DNA of 64,000 nt, taken from NCBI GenBank assembly GCA_019694515.1, contig JAIBBU010000010.1, positions 35,496 to 99,495 on the forward strand. Reading direction: 5' to 3'. Positions within the stretch are counted from its first letter, which is position 1, and each line of letters starts with the position of its first letter. The notes under the pieces are model-generated. The model did no database searches. It worked only from the letters and a program-made list of their open reading frames with translations, and had not been told where the DNA came from. This DNA is from Oligoflexia bacterium (lineage in GTDB: Bacteria > Bdellovibrionota_C > UBA2361 > JBGSMV01). Positions 37,006 through 47,389 of the stretch are shown piece by piece. A program made the translations under genes and the position numbers.

Positions 37006-37056
37006 ATTCGTGTGTTAATGCTTATAGCATTGAGGCCTTAAATTGTAGAAAAGACC

Positions 37057-37686
37057 ATGGCATTCGGAAAGAAAAAGAAAGACAGCGAGGGCGAGCCGTT
37101 AGAGGCGCGCGATGCAGATTTTTCGACTCTGGACGGTGAAGAGTCGAGTACCCCTAATGGAGCTTCGGCAGAGGCGGCCGGGGCGGCGGAAGAGGAGCTT
37201 TTTAAGCTGCGGGAAGAGCTTAAGGACTCCCAGGACAAGTACCTGCGGCTGTTAGCCGAGTTTGACAATTATAAGAAGCGCGCCATCAAGGAACGAGCTG
37301 AAATTTTGAAATATCAGGGGGAGCGAATCTTCGTTGATATACTGGATATCGTCGATAATCTTGAGTTAGCACTGCAGCATAAGGACTCTGACCCAGCAAA
37401 GCTTAGGGCCGGCGTAGAGTTAATCTACAAGATGTTCATGGACGTGCTGGCGCGCTGGGAGGTTCGGGGCGAATCGGCGATTGGCAAGCTCTTCGATCCT
37501 GGGAGGCAGAACGCCATCAGCCGGGTCGAGCTGGAGGATAAGCCTCCCGGCACCGTGGTTTCTGAGCTGAAGAAAACTTACTCCTACAAGGATAAATTGT
37601 TGCGGCTGGGAGAGGTGGTGGTTGCGGCTGCGCGGGAGCCGGAAGAACCTGGCGAGTCCGATCCGGGCGAGAAGTCAGAGAGTTAA
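37057..37686 (+). CDS. grpE: Nucleotide exchange factor GrpE
   Basis: LREELKDSQDKYLRLLAEFDNYKKRAIKE ... FVDILDIVDNLELAL ... EVRGESAIGKLFDP. Confidence 0.9.
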   Translation: MAFGKKKKDSEGEPLEARDADFSTLDGEESSTPNGASAEAAGAAEEELFKLREELKDSQDKYLRLLAEFDNYKKRAIKERAEILKYQGERIFVDILDIVDNLELALQHKDSDPAKLRAGVELIYKMFMDVLARWEVRGESAIGKLFDPGRQNAISRVELEDKPPGTVVSELKKTYSYKDKLLRLGEVVVAAAREPEEPGESDPGEKSES

Positions 37687-37837
37687 CTTATTGTAATTAT
37701 TGAGCCATTAATTTTTAGGTAAGCGCTTGATAAATAAGGACTTCATGCTTACTCCTTAGATTCAAGAACGAGGAAGCAATCGAAGCTGCAACTAACCGTT
37801 TTTACATAATAAATAGAGATTAATTGGGGTTAAGATA

Positions 37838-39763
37838 ATGGGCAAAGTCATTGGAATTGATTTGGGGACAACCAACTCCTGCGTCGCCATCATGGAGGGA
37901 GGCTCTCCTACCGTGATCGCCAACAGTGAGGGCAGCCGCACGACACCGTCCGTGGTCGCGATGACTGAGTCTAACGAGCGTGTTGTTGGTCAGATCGCCA
38001 AGCGCCAAGCGGTAACTAATCCTAAGAACACCATCTTCGCCGTCAAACGGTTAATTGGGCGCAAGTTCAAATCATCCGAGGTCGACAAGGCCCGCAAGGT
38101 ATTGCCCTACGAGATTACCGAAGCCAGCAACGGTGATGCTTGGGTCAAGATGCGGGGCGAAGCCAAGAGCGCGCAAGAGGTCTCCGCCATGATCCTCACC
38201 AAGATGAAACAAACGGCGGAAGATTATTTGGGGGAGAAGATCACTGACGCCGTTATCACGGTGCCGGCTTATTTTGACGACGCTCAGCGCCAGGCCACTA
38301 AGGATGCCGGGCGCATCGCCGGGCTAAACGTCCAGCGCATTATTAACGAGCCGACCGCGGCTGCTTTGGCTTACGGTCTTGATAAGCGCGGGGAGAAGAC
38401 CGTCGCCGTATTCGATTTGGGAGGCGGTACCTTCGACGTTTCGATTCTAGAATTGGGCGACGGCGTGTTTGAGGTGAAGTCGACCAATGGCGACACGTTC
38501 TTGGGTGGTGAAGATTTCGATCTTAAGATCGTTGAATGGATCGCAGATGAATTCAAGAAACTGGAAGGCATCGATCTAAGAAAGGACACGCTAGCGCTGC
38601 AGCGCTTGAAGGAGGCCGCAGAGAAGGCCAAACACGAACTTTCTTCGTCGATCGAGACGGATATCAATCTGCCGTTTATTACGGCGGATGCTGCCGGTCC
38701 TAAGCATCTCAATATGAAACTGAGCCGTTCTAAGTTGGAGCAACTTTGCGCTGACTTATTGGCGCGGTTGGTAGCGCCCTGCCAAACGGCGCTGAAAGAT
38801 GCCGGTATGAAGCCCTCCGACATCGGTGATGTGATTCTGGTCGGTGGTATGACGCGCATGCCAGCCGTGCAGCAGAAGGTTAAGGAGATCTTCAACAAGG
38901 AGCCCTCCAAGAACGTCAACCCGGACGAGGCCGTAGCGATCGGCGCCGCGGTGCAGGCCGGAGTGTTGCAAGGCGAGGTCAAGGACGTACTGTTGCTGGA
39001 CGTCACCCCGCTCAGTCTTGGAATCGAGACCTATGGCGGCGTGTTCACCAAGCTGATCGAGAAGAATACTACGATTCCGACTAAGAAGTCGCAGATCTTC
39101 TCGACTGCGGCGGACAACCAGCCGGCTGTGTCGATTCATGTCTTGCAGGGCGAGCGTGAAATAGCCGAGCACAATAAGACGTTAGGGCGCTTTGAATTGG
39201 TTGGAATTCCACCCGCACCGCGTGGTGTGCCGCAGGTCGAAGTTACATTCGATCTCGACGCCAACGGTATCGTGCATGTGTCGGCAAAAGACCTCGGCAC
39301 AGGCAAGGAACAGTCGATTAAGATTACTGCCAGCTCTGGTCTATCTGAGGACGAGATCAAGCGCATGGTTAAGGATGCCGAGGCGCATTCCGAGGAAGAC
39401 AAGCAGCGCAAGGAGCTGGTAGAGGCGCGCAATCATCTCGACAGTTTGATTTACAGCACCGAGCGCACAGTTAACGAGTTTAAAGATAAGCTCGCTGCCG
39501 ATGATCAGGCCAAGTTAACCGCGGCTTTGGAGGAAGCTAAGAAAGCTCTCGATAGCAAAGATAAAACGGAGCTTGAGAAGGCGACCGAAAATCTCACCAA
39601 GGCCAGCCACAAACTATCTGAAGAGATGTACAAGAAGGCCGCATCCCAGCAACCCGGCGCTAACGGTGCCGCAGCCGATGGTCAGACTAATGGGGCGGCC
39701 GCTGACGGCAAACCTGACGAGAATGTCGTGGATGCCGATTTTGAAGAGGTCAAAAAGAATTAG
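37838..39763 (+). CDS. dnaK: Molecular chaperone DnaK (Hsp70)
   Basis: [35 protein letters not shown]. Full-length at 641 aa. Confidence 0.97.
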   Translation: MGKVIGIDLGTTNSCVAIMEGGSPTVIANSEGSRTTPSVVAMTESNERVVGQIAKRQAVTNPKNTIFAVKRLIGRKFKSSEVDKARKVLPYEITEASNGDAWVKMRGEAKSAQEVSAMILTKMKQTAEDYLGEKITDAVITVPAYFDDAQRQATKDAGRIAGLNVQRIINEPTAAALAYGLDKRGEKTVAVFDLGGGTFDVSILELGDGVFEVKSTNGDTFLGGEDFDLKIVEWIADEFKKLEGIDLRKDTLALQRLKEAAEKAKHELSSSIETDINLPFITADAAGPKHLNMKLSRSKLEQLCADLLARLVAPCQTALKDAGMKPSDIGDVILVGGMTRMPAVQQKVKEIFNKEPSKNVNPDEAVAIGAAVQAGVLQGEVKDVLLLDVTPLSLGIETYGGVFTKLIEKNTTIPTKKSQIFSTAADNQPAVSIHVLQGEREIAEHNKTLGRFELVGIPPAPRGVPQVEVTFDLDANGIVHVSAKDLGTGKEQSIKITASSGLSEDEIKRMVKDAEAHSEEDKQRKELVEARNHLDSLIYSTERTVNEFKDKLAADDQAKLTAALEEAKKALDSKDKTELEKATENLTKASHKLSEEMYKKAASQQPGANGAAADGQTNGAAADGKPDENVVDADFEEVKKN

Positions 39764-39815
39764 CGCGCGCTCTTTGCGGAGTGCGCTCGATAGCGTTGTA
39801 AGGAGGTTCTGACTG

Positions 39816-40934
39816 GTGGCGAGGCGTGATCCGTACGAAGTGCTCGGTGTATCGAGGACCGCCTCGCTAGACGAGATTAAGAAATCCTACCGCAAAAAGG
39901 CGCTGGAGCTGCATCCCGATCGAAATCCCGGCAATAAGGAGGCTGAAGAACGCTTCAAGGAAGCAGCTGAAGCCTACTCCATGCTCAGTGATCCGGAGGC
40001 GCGCCAGAAATATGATCAATATGGCTTTGCCGCATTTGAACAGGGTGCCGGATTCGGGGGCTTCCATGCCGACTTTTCCGAGTTCGAGGATATTTTCGGC
40101 GATCTATTTAGTAATTTCTTTGGCGGCGCTTTCGGGGGGTCCGGCCGACGTTCGCGCGGACGTTCCGGACGTGATCTAAAATACGATCTTGAGATTACTT
40201 TCGAGGAGGCTGCTTTTGGCGCGGAGAAGCAAATCGCCATTAGCAAACGTGTCTCTTGCGAAAGCTGTGAGGGTAGCGGCGCAGAAGGCAATTCGGGAGC
40301 TGAGACCTGCAGTCAGTGCCGGGGCAGCGGACAGATCGCATATCAACAGGGATTTTTCACGATTAGCCGTGCCTGCCATGTCTGTAGCGGCTCGGGAAAA
40401 GTGATCAAGAATCCCTGTAAGAGCTGTAGCGGCAGCGGTCTTAAGATCAAGGAGCATCAGCTAAATGTTAAGATCCCTCCGGGAATCGATAACGGCCAGC
40501 GCCTTAAGCTGCGCGGCGAAGGTGAGGCCGGCGCGCAGGGCGGATTGAACGGCGATCTCTACGTCAATATCGCGGTTAAACCACATCCAATCTTTCAACG
40601 TCAGGAAGGGGAAATTATTTGCGAGGTGCCCATATCTTACGCCACAGCAGTGTTGGGCGGCGAGGTCGAGGTGCCGACCCTGGAAGGTAAGGAAAATTTA
40701 AAGATTCCGTCAGGCACGCAGACCGGAAAAGTTTTTCGCTTGAAAAACCGCGGGATCCAGCATATCGGCAGCAGTCGCCGCGGGGACCAGCATGTACGAA
40801 TCTACGTGCGAGTCCCGAAAAAGGTTTCTGAAAAACAGCGCACACTGCTTGAGAAGCTGAAGGAATTCGAAAAAGAAGATATCAAACATGAGGACCGCGG
40901 GTTCTTCGATAAAGTTAAAGACATATTCGCGTAG
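39816..40934 (+). CDS. dnaJ: Molecular chaperone DnaJ (type I: J domain, G/F region, four CxxCxGxG zinc-finger repeats)
   Basis: [36 protein letters not shown] (with the HPD motif), and [35 protein letters not shown] start with AAGGAGG 8 nt upstream. Confidence 0.95.
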   Translation: MARRDPYEVLGVSRTASLDEIKKSYRKKALELHPDRNPGNKEAEERFKEAAEAYSMLSDPEARQKYDQYGFAAFEQGAGFGGFHADFSEFEDIFGDLFSNFFGGAFGGSGRRSRGRSGRDLKYDLEITFEEAAFGAEKQIAISKRVSCESCEGSGAEGNSGAETCSQCRGSGQIAYQQGFFTISRACHVCSGSGKVIKNPCKSCSGSGLKIKEHQLNVKIPPGIDNGQRLKLRGEGEAGAQGGLNGDLYVNIAVKPHPIFQRQEGEIICEVPISYATAVLGGEVEVPTLEGKENLKIPSGTQTGKVFRLKNRGIQHIGSSRRGDQHVRIYVRVPKKVSEKQRTLLEKLKEFEKEDIKHEDRGFFDKVKDIFA

Positions 40935-41117
40935 TCCACGCGCTTCTTGCGGGGCGCAAAAACCGCTATACTACAATTGCTTAAAGAGGTGCTGGCGGAG
41001 GCAGGAAGAGGCCTAGCAATCGGAATCTAATTGCTGGGAGCCTATGCCCGTTAGGTACTCAAAGTTGTGCTTTAAGCTTATTCTCAGGTCTTCCCAAGAT
41101 TCAGGAGTGCAAAACCA

Positions 41118-42059
41118 ATGACGGACGGCGCAGTCCTCGCAATCGGAGAGCTCTTATGGGATCTACTTCTCGATGGAGCAATGTTGGGTGGAGCTCCCGC
41201 CAATTTTGCGAATCGGGTACGCCAATTCCGGGATGCGGTGGGCTTGGTTAGTCGAGTAGGAAGCGATGAACTGGGCAGAAAGGCCACCGACCAACTTGCG
41301 AAGCAGGGCTTGCCCGTTGATCTGATTCAACTCGATCCGGTGCATTCTACGGGAACAGTTGATGTGCGGCTGTCGGCGGATGGCAGCCCGAGTTTCAGAA
41401 TTAATCCCGATGTGGCATACGATTATCTCGAACTTACTCCCGCGCTTGAAGCCGCGGTAGAGAGCGCGGGATTGATCTATTTTGGAACATTGGCCCAGCG
41501 CCAGTTCGTTACCCGCGCTGCGTTGTACCAGCTCCTGGATACGGTCCCGCACCTGCCGCGTTTTCTCGATATTAATTTACGCGCCGAATGTTTCAGTGCC
41601 GAAACTGTCGAGGCTTCACTGCGGCGCGCTACAATTCTGAAATTGAATCAAGACGAAGTGGGGCGGTTGAACTCGCTGCTCAGTCTTGGCACGGACGATG
41701 TGCTGCAGTTTTGTCAGCAGATCTTCGACCGCTTCCCGATCCAATCCGTACTAGTCACCCTGGGGGCGGGGGGAGCACTGCTTGTGCCGCGTCAGGGAGA
41801 TCCAATTTATGAGCCGGGGCTCCGGGTTAAGGTAAGCGATACGATCGGAGCCGGCGATGCTTTTGCCGCAGGCTTTGTGGTCAAGCAGCAGCAGGGCGCT
41901 CCCGCAGCAAAATGCCTCGCATTTGCGAATGCCCTAGGCTCGGCTTCCGCGATGGTAAAGGGAGGTATGGGAGTGCTTACTTCGGAACAGGTTGAAATGG
42001 TGATGAAAACGGATATTGAACGCACCACCTTGCCGCAATTCGCAAGCTACCGAAGGTAA
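41118..42059 (+). CDS. PfkB-family carbohydrate kinase (fructokinase/ribokinase-like)
   Basis: The C-terminal DTIGAGDAFAAGFV is the PfkB signature 2. Confidence 0.85.
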   Translation: MTDGAVLAIGELLWDLLLDGAMLGGAPANFANRVRQFRDAVGLVSRVGSDELGRKATDQLAKQGLPVDLIQLDPVHSTGTVDVRLSADGSPSFRINPDVAYDYLELTPALEAAVESAGLIYFGTLAQRQFVTRAALYQLLDTVPHLPRFLDINLRAECFSAETVEASLRRATILKLNQDEVGRLNSLLSLGTDDVLQFCQQIFDRFPIQSVLVTLGAGGALLVPRQGDPIYEPGLRVKVSDTIGAGDAFAAGFVVKQQQGAPAAKCLAFANALGSASAMVKGGMGVLTSEQVEMVMKTDIERTTLPQFASYRR

Positions 42060-42123
42060 GAGGTCGGTGTCGGTCGAATCATTTACCTCCCAAGGAAAAG
42101 TAAGCTCTGGAGAGAAGTAATGA

Positions 42124-43152
42124 TTAATCCGGATATCCGTCGGGGTTTCCTTTATACCAGCGCACGACAGTTTCAGCGATCTGTCGGATAGAGGTATAGC
42201 GCGGTTTCCAACCTAGAGTCTGCTGGAGGCGGGTTGAGTCAGCCACCAATTCTGGCGGATCTCCCGGTCGTCGCGGCTCAACGGAGTAGGGAACTGGGCG
42301 TCCAGCGGCTTCGCCTGCGGCTTCGATGATCTCGAGATTGCTGGCACCCTGACCGGTACCGACATTGAATACCTGAAAACCGTCGAGTCTGCGCGCAAAT
42401 AACGCTTCGAGCGCCATTACATGGGCTCTGGCCAAGTCCTCCACATGAATATAATCGCGTACGCAGGTTCCATCCGGAGTGGGATAATCATTGCCAAAGA
42501 GTTTGAGAGAAGCTCCAACGCCCAGGGCGGCCCGCACCGCGTTAGGCATAAGATGAGTTTCGGGGCGGTGATCCTCGCCCAGCAGTCCATCCTCTGAAGC
42601 GCCGCAGGCGTTGAAGTAACGCAGCGCTACCGCTCGAAAACGATCTTCGGCTGCAATGCTAGGATTAATCTGATCGCTCACGACGGTGGCCCTGAGCATC
42701 GACTCCATGGCCAACTTTGTTTCGCCGTATGGATTAGTGGGGTTAGTGGGATGTTCTTCGTCGAGGGCGCGGTCCTGGAGCGGAACCCCGTAGGTTGCAG
42801 CCGTGCTGCTAACGAGCGCCGTGTTAACTCCGGCTTTTCGCATCGCAGTAAAGAGCTGCACGGAAAGAGCCACATTGGCGTTATAGTAACGCAGCGGATC
42901 GCGCACTGAATCGGGCACGCTGGTGAGCGCGGCGAAATGGACTAAAGCGTCGAAGGCTCGCCCTTGGAAAAAGCCCTCCAACTCGGCAGGATTCTCAAGG
43001 CTGCCGCGCACCAACTCAGCATCTCTATGCACTGCGGCGGCATGCCCAAAGGAAAGATTATCAAATACCGAAACTGTGTGCCCGCTTTCGACCAATGATC
43101 GCACGGTAAAACTGCCGATGTATCCGGCTCCACCAATTACTGCTACTTTCAC
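42124..43152 (-). CDS. galE: UDP-glucose 4-epimerase GalE
   Basis: VAVIGGAGYIGS is the Rossmann motif, and YxxxK is within ...PYGETKLAMES.... The GTG start at 43152 has AGGAG 5 nt upstream; the track ORF extends to 43215. Confidence 0.9.
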   Translation of the reverse strand: MKVAVIGGAGYIGSFTVRSLVESGHTVSVFDNLSFGHAAAVHRDAELVRGSLENPAELEGFFQGRAFDALVHFAALTSVPDSVRDPLRYYNANVALSVQLFTAMRKAGVNTALVSSTAATYGVPLQDRALDEEHPTNPTNPYGETKLAMESMLRATVVSDQINPSIAAEDRFRAVALRYFNACGASEDGLLGEDHRPETHLMPNAVRAALGVGASLKLFGNDYPTPDGTCVRDYIHVEDLARAHVMALEALFARRLDGFQVFNVGTGQGASNLEIIEAAGEAAGRPVPYSVEPRRPGDPPELVADSTRLQQTLGWKPRYTSIRQIAETVVRWYKGNPDGYPD

Positions 43153-43448
43153 AAACACTCCTGCTAAAGCGGGACTAGATAGCCCGAAAGTATCGGGCGC
43201 CGGGACCGTAGTCAATCGCGCACTACAGATCCTTCTTTGGGTGCTCTTTGGAGCCAGGCAGCAATCGTCGTCCGAAATTTCGCGTGCTTGCTGATGCCAA
43301 AAGTTGAACGTTATCGCAGTAAGTGTACGAATGCGTTTAGAAATCCGGCAGGACTGGCAATGGGCCGGCCGGCATTAGCCCCCGGTGCTTTCCGGCGGCG
43401 TTCACCAGCCGACCGAATAACTCCGCCGACTGGAATATTATTGGACTT

Positions 43449-43493
43449 TGAGATAGAGCTAAGTGGATAACAGCGCGCAGGCCTATCTCAAAA
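43449..43493. promoter_or_regulatory. Inverted repeat TTGAGATAG-N27-CTATCTCAA in the divergent galE / galK promoter region
   Basis: Perfect 9-bp arms, ending about 13 nt upstream of the galK ATG. It is a candidate operator or regulatory hairpin. Confidence 0.3.
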
Positions 43494-43506
43494 AAAGGCA
43501 GGAATA

Positions 43507-44676
43507 ATGTCTGATGACCTCCCCAGCCAGCTTCGTGTGAAGTTCTCTCAGATGTACGGTGATACGGGTAATCCTGTTGAAATGTTCTTTTGCCCGGGCC
43601 GGGTGAATCTAATCGGCGATCACATTGATTATAACGGCGGAAACGTGTTTCCGATGGCATTGGAGCGGGGAATTTTCGCCGCCGCGCGGCGCCGCACCGA
43701 TCGGCTGGTGCACCTGCACTCACTTCAACGCAGCGAAGTTTGCGAGTTCGATCTCTCAAATCCGATCGTATTCAATGAAAAAGATGGATGGGGCAACTAT
43801 CCCAAAGGTGTCGCGAAGATCCTTTTGGAGGAGGGGCACGGACTACCGGGAGTCGAGATTCTATTCTCCAGTAATCTGCCGATGGCCGCGGGGGTATCCT
43901 CATCTGCCGCGCTGGAAGTGCTTACCGGCTACATACTTCTCGCTGAGGGAGCAGAACATTCAATCGATCGAGTGGCACTGGCATTGGCTGCGCAGCGTGC
44001 CGAGCGTGAATTTGTAGGGGTCAACTGCGGTATCATGGACCAGTTCAGTGTGGCGATGTCCAAGAAGGACCATGCAGTATTCTTAAACTGTGCAACATTG
44101 GAGCACCGTTATGTGCCGATTAACCTGGCTCAGCATGTAATCTGTGTGATCAACACCAACAAGCCGCGAGAATTGGCAGGCTCCAAATATAATGAGCGAC
44201 GTGGGCAGTGTGAGAGTGCGCTCGAGCTTCTGAAGAAGAGCCGGAAGCTAAACAATCTTTGCGAGGCTGACATAGAGCTGGTAGAAACTCAGATTGCGGA
44301 TCCGCTATTAAAGCGCCGCGCCCGCCATGTAGTGAACGAACAGCAGTACGTATTGGAGGCGGTTAAGGCCCTGGGCGCCAACCGGTTGGATGATTTCGGC
44401 GCGCTCCTCGTAAAGAGTCACCGCTCCCTGCAACATGATTACGAAGTGTCTTGCCCGGAGCTGGACTGCCTAGTCGATCTAAGTATCAGCCACCCCGGCT
44501 GCCTTGGGGCGCGCATGACCGGTGCCGGCTTTGGTGGCTGCGCCGTGGCCTTGGTTGAACGTAGCCAAATCAGCGATTTTGAAGCCAAAGTAGCCGCCGG
44601 CTACGCCGAGAGAACAGGTCGAACGGCGGACTTTATCTGTTCCGGGGGTGCTTCAGGGGTTTGCCAGCAAAGCTAG
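43507..44676 (+). CDS. galK: Galactokinase GalK
   Basis: GRVNLIGDHIDYNGG is the galactokinase signature. The GHMP motif PMAAGVSSSAA is also present. Confidence 0.92.
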   Translation: MSDDLPSQLRVKFSQMYGDTGNPVEMFFCPGRVNLIGDHIDYNGGNVFPMALERGIFAAARRRTDRLVHLHSLQRSEVCEFDLSNPIVFNEKDGWGNYPKGVAKILLEEGHGLPGVEILFSSNLPMAAGVSSSAALEVLTGYILLAEGAEHSIDRVALALAAQRAEREFVGVNCGIMDQFSVAMSKKDHAVFLNCATLEHRYVPINLAQHVICVINTNKPRELAGSKYNERRGQCESALELLKKSRKLNNLCEADIELVETQIADPLLKRRARHVVNEQQYVLEAVKALGANRLDDFGALLVKSHRSLQHDYEVSCPELDCLVDLSISHPGCLGARMTGAGFGGCAVALVERSQISDFEAKVAAGYAERTGRTADFICSGGASGVCQQS

Positions 44677-44771
44677 CTATCCACCCTATTTGACTAAGGA
44701 TTTATCTAGAGGTACCTTCTGGTACGTTGTTTCCGAGTTCCCTTTTCAAGTAGTTCAAAAGGTGTCGCCAC

Positions 44772-47291
44772 GTGAATAGTCCCATTACCTCTCAGGAGCT
44801 TGACCGCGCCCGTCAATGGCTTGAACAGTTTCAGAATCGGGATCTTCTCCCGCTAACTGATTTCCTTCGCAATCTCGGGATCCGAGATGTGCTTGGTTCA
44901 ATGGGTGGGGTTGAAGCCACCATTAAGATCAATCGTGAGGGCGAGGAGGAGTTGGTGACCGATGCTGACCCAAAGGTAAGCACAGCAGCATTACAGTGGA
45001 TCGCACATCGGTACCCCTACTCATTCTCCGAAGAGCATCTCCCCCCCGGCAATAATGCCGACCTTCTAGTGGCGCGAGGAATCATCGATCCTGTAGACGG
45101 TTCGCGGGAACTGCAGCTAGGACGGGTTGGCGGGGTGGCGATGTTATACGGACAGATCACGCCTCTACCTAAGTATAGCCCCGAGACCGGGACACCAGTC
45201 CTGACCCCCCAGATTACCCATGGAATTATCGTGATTCCAAGACCAGACGGGGAAGACGAGGTCTTTTATAACGATGCTTCTGCCACTTTCGAGGGCGGCG
45301 AAGCGCACGTGAAGCGCACCCTTCGATATCTGCGCGGCGGAGTCGAGACCATTTGTCCCACAGCTCGATCGATTGATGAAATCAGAGCGAGTGGTGTGCT
45401 GCGGGTGCATGTAAGAGGGGTCTTCGACGAAAAATTCGAGGAAGAGTTCCATGCGCGTCCAGGGCAGCTTCCCAAGCATGCTGATTTTAAGTTCGATGTT
45501 TCACATATCCAAGCATTTCGTGACTATTGCCGTGATCTGGCCGCCGTTCTGGGTGTCGAAGTCGAATTCGTAAGGGCCGGCGGCTCAGGATCCGGATTAG
45601 CGCAGCTGCTTTCGGGGCGGGTAGATGTGGCGATCACACTGCGCGGCGACAGAGCTAAGTTTTGGGATGTGGCTCCCGGCTTGGCGCTGGTCCCCGCTGC
45701 TGGCGGTTGGATCTGCCAGGGTTCAGGGATCGAGTTTTCAGAGCAGGCGTTGCTGTCTGGTGATTATAGCCTGCCCTCCGGCTGGGTCGCCTCGATCAGC
45801 CTTCCTCGGGAATTGATATTTAGCGCGCAGGTGGGCGGAGATCGATTGGCACCGGCGGCGGTGCGTCCATTGGAAAGCATCTCCACTCCGCGAATTGAGA
45901 TTGATCCGCGAGTTGTCCATCATCAACCGGAGCTCGCCGCTGTCATCACCGAATATCTAAGAACCTCCGAGCGCTCGGGGTTGAGTTTGCTGCAAAGAGC
46001 AAATGAGATTTGCTGGGATCAGATCGCTGCGCCCTACCAAAAGCCGGAGATCTCTCCTGACGCCGTTTCGTTGCCCTCTACTCTTTATGATCCTTCGAAG
46101 ATTGCCAGGGAGGATCGTGCGGCCTTAAGAGAATTGGGAACACGCGCCTACCGGAACGGCAAGGTAGGCTGTGCGATGGTCGCCGGAGGCCAGGGTACTC
46201 GTCTAGGATATGACGATCCTAAGGGATGCTATCCAATCTTTCAGTATACCGGACCCGGGGACCAGGTCCCCACGAACGTTAGTATCTTCGAGGTGCAGGC
46301 TGGTAAAGTTTTTGCCGCCGGTAATCGCTATGATACAGAGCTACCATTCGTAATCATGACTGGCGCCGACACCGATCGTCGGACCCGCGAGTTTTTCAAA
46401 GAGAAGCGTTACTTTGGTCTCGGGCGTGGGCAGGTGCAGTTCTTTCAGCAGGGTACTTTGCCGACGCTGGATCTTCAGGGTAGAGCGCTTTTGGCTAGCC
46501 CCGCTCGGCTCCTTGAGAATCCTGACGGCCACGGCGGATTTTTCGAGAGTGTCAATGCCTGTGGACTAGTGGAGCGGCTGCTGCATAGCGGCCAGGAATA
46601 TCTGGTCTACCTGCAGGTGGATAACATCTTAGCATTGGTTGATGACACTTTGATGGTCGGTATTGCCGAGAAGGAACGAGCCGACCTCGTGGTAAAAGTA
46701 ATTCGCAAAGCCCACCCCCAGGAGAAGCTCGGGCATCTAATTAACCGTAATGGACGCGATGAAATTTTAGAATACACCGATGTATCGGCCGATGATGTGC
46801 TGATCCCCGCAGCCGATGGCGAACCGATTTTGCGCTGGGGGAGTCCTTCGCTTTATTGCGTCAGGTTAGATTTCCTCAAGCGCGCTTATGAGGAAGGATT
46901 CCGCCTACCGATCCATCGCAGCGCCAAGACCGTTAGCGCCTTCCGCGATGGCCGCTTAGTGGAGCTGGATGGGTTCAAACAGGAGCGCTTCTTCCACGAT
47001 CTGCTACTTTGTCCCTCGGGTGTGAAAGCAGTAGGACTCGTGGTGCCGGATCGTGAACGTGAGTTCGCTCCGATCAAGAATCTGCACGGCGCGGATAGCG
47101 TCGATACGGCACGCCATCTTGCTGCGGCAGAATTCTCACGCTGGTTGATGGGGGCCGGTCTGCTGGTACCGGAAACGTCCAATATCTGGATCTCTCCGCA
47201 TCTTGCCGGCTGTCACTCGCATTTCTCGGAGCTCTATGGTCAAGGACGGGTGATGATTGACCATACCAAGGAAGGGGTACTCATCCGCTAG
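44772..47291 (+). CDS. Bifunctional fusion protein: N-terminal inositol-monophosphatase/CysQ-like sugar-phosphatase domain plus C-terminal UDP-sugar/UDP-GlcNAc pyrophosphorylase (UDPGP/UAP1-USP family) domain
   Basis: N-domain IIDPVDGSRE (the DPxDGT motif) and FWDVAPGLALVPAAGG (the WDxAAG motif). C-domain CAMVAGGQGTRLGYDDPKGCYPI, compared with UAP1 LLAGGQGTRLGVAYPKGMY. 839 aa, GTG start. It sits between galK and galT. Confidence 0.75.
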   Translation: MNSPITSQELDRARQWLEQFQNRDLLPLTDFLRNLGIRDVLGSMGGVEATIKINREGEEELVTDADPKVSTAALQWIAHRYPYSFSEEHLPPGNNADLLVARGIIDPVDGSRELQLGRVGGVAMLYGQITPLPKYSPETGTPVLTPQITHGIIVIPRPDGEDEVFYNDASATFEGGEAHVKRTLRYLRGGVETICPTARSIDEIRASGVLRVHVRGVFDEKFEEEFHARPGQLPKHADFKFDVSHIQAFRDYCRDLAAVLGVEVEFVRAGGSGSGLAQLLSGRVDVAITLRGDRAKFWDVAPGLALVPAAGGWICQGSGIEFSEQALLSGDYSLPSGWVASISLPRELIFSAQVGGDRLAPAAVRPLESISTPRIEIDPRVVHHQPELAAVITEYLRTSERSGLSLLQRANEICWDQIAAPYQKPEISPDAVSLPSTLYDPSKIAREDRAALRELGTRAYRNGKVGCAMVAGGQGTRLGYDDPKGCYPIFQYTGPGDQVPTNVSIFEVQAGKVFAAGNRYDTELPFVIMTGADTDRRTREFFKEKRYFGLGRGQVQFFQQGTLPTLDLQGRALLASPARLLENPDGHGGFFESVNACGLVERLLHSGQEYLVYLQVDNILALVDDTLMVGIAEKERADLVVKVIRKAHPQEKLGHLINRNGRDEILEYTDVSADDVLIPAADGEPILRWGSPSLYCVRLDFLKRAYEEGFRLPIHRSAKTVSAFRDGRLVELDGFKQERFFHDLLLCPSGVKAVGLVVPDREREFAPIKNLHGADSVDTARHLAAAEFSRWLMGAGLLVPETSNIWISPHLAGCHSHFSELYGQGRVMIDHTKEGVLIR

Positions 47292-47389
47292 GACTGGGCC
47301 GCAGGCGATCTCGGTTGCGGTGATCTAAACTAAACGGCACTTCACCAACACTTTTTGTCGGTGCCGGGTGCTGCAAGCAGTCGCCCAAT

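Noticed and set aside
37006-37056. Searched for a CIRCE element (TTAGCACTC-N9-GAGTGCTAA) upstream of grpE and dnaK
   Set aside because: Only a short palindrome AATGCT-TAT-AGCATT (about 37027) is present. The spacing and sequence do not match CIRCE, and no hrcA gene precedes grpE; recO does instead. A weak sigma-32-like CTTGATA...CTTACTCCT upstream of dnaK is too poor to call.
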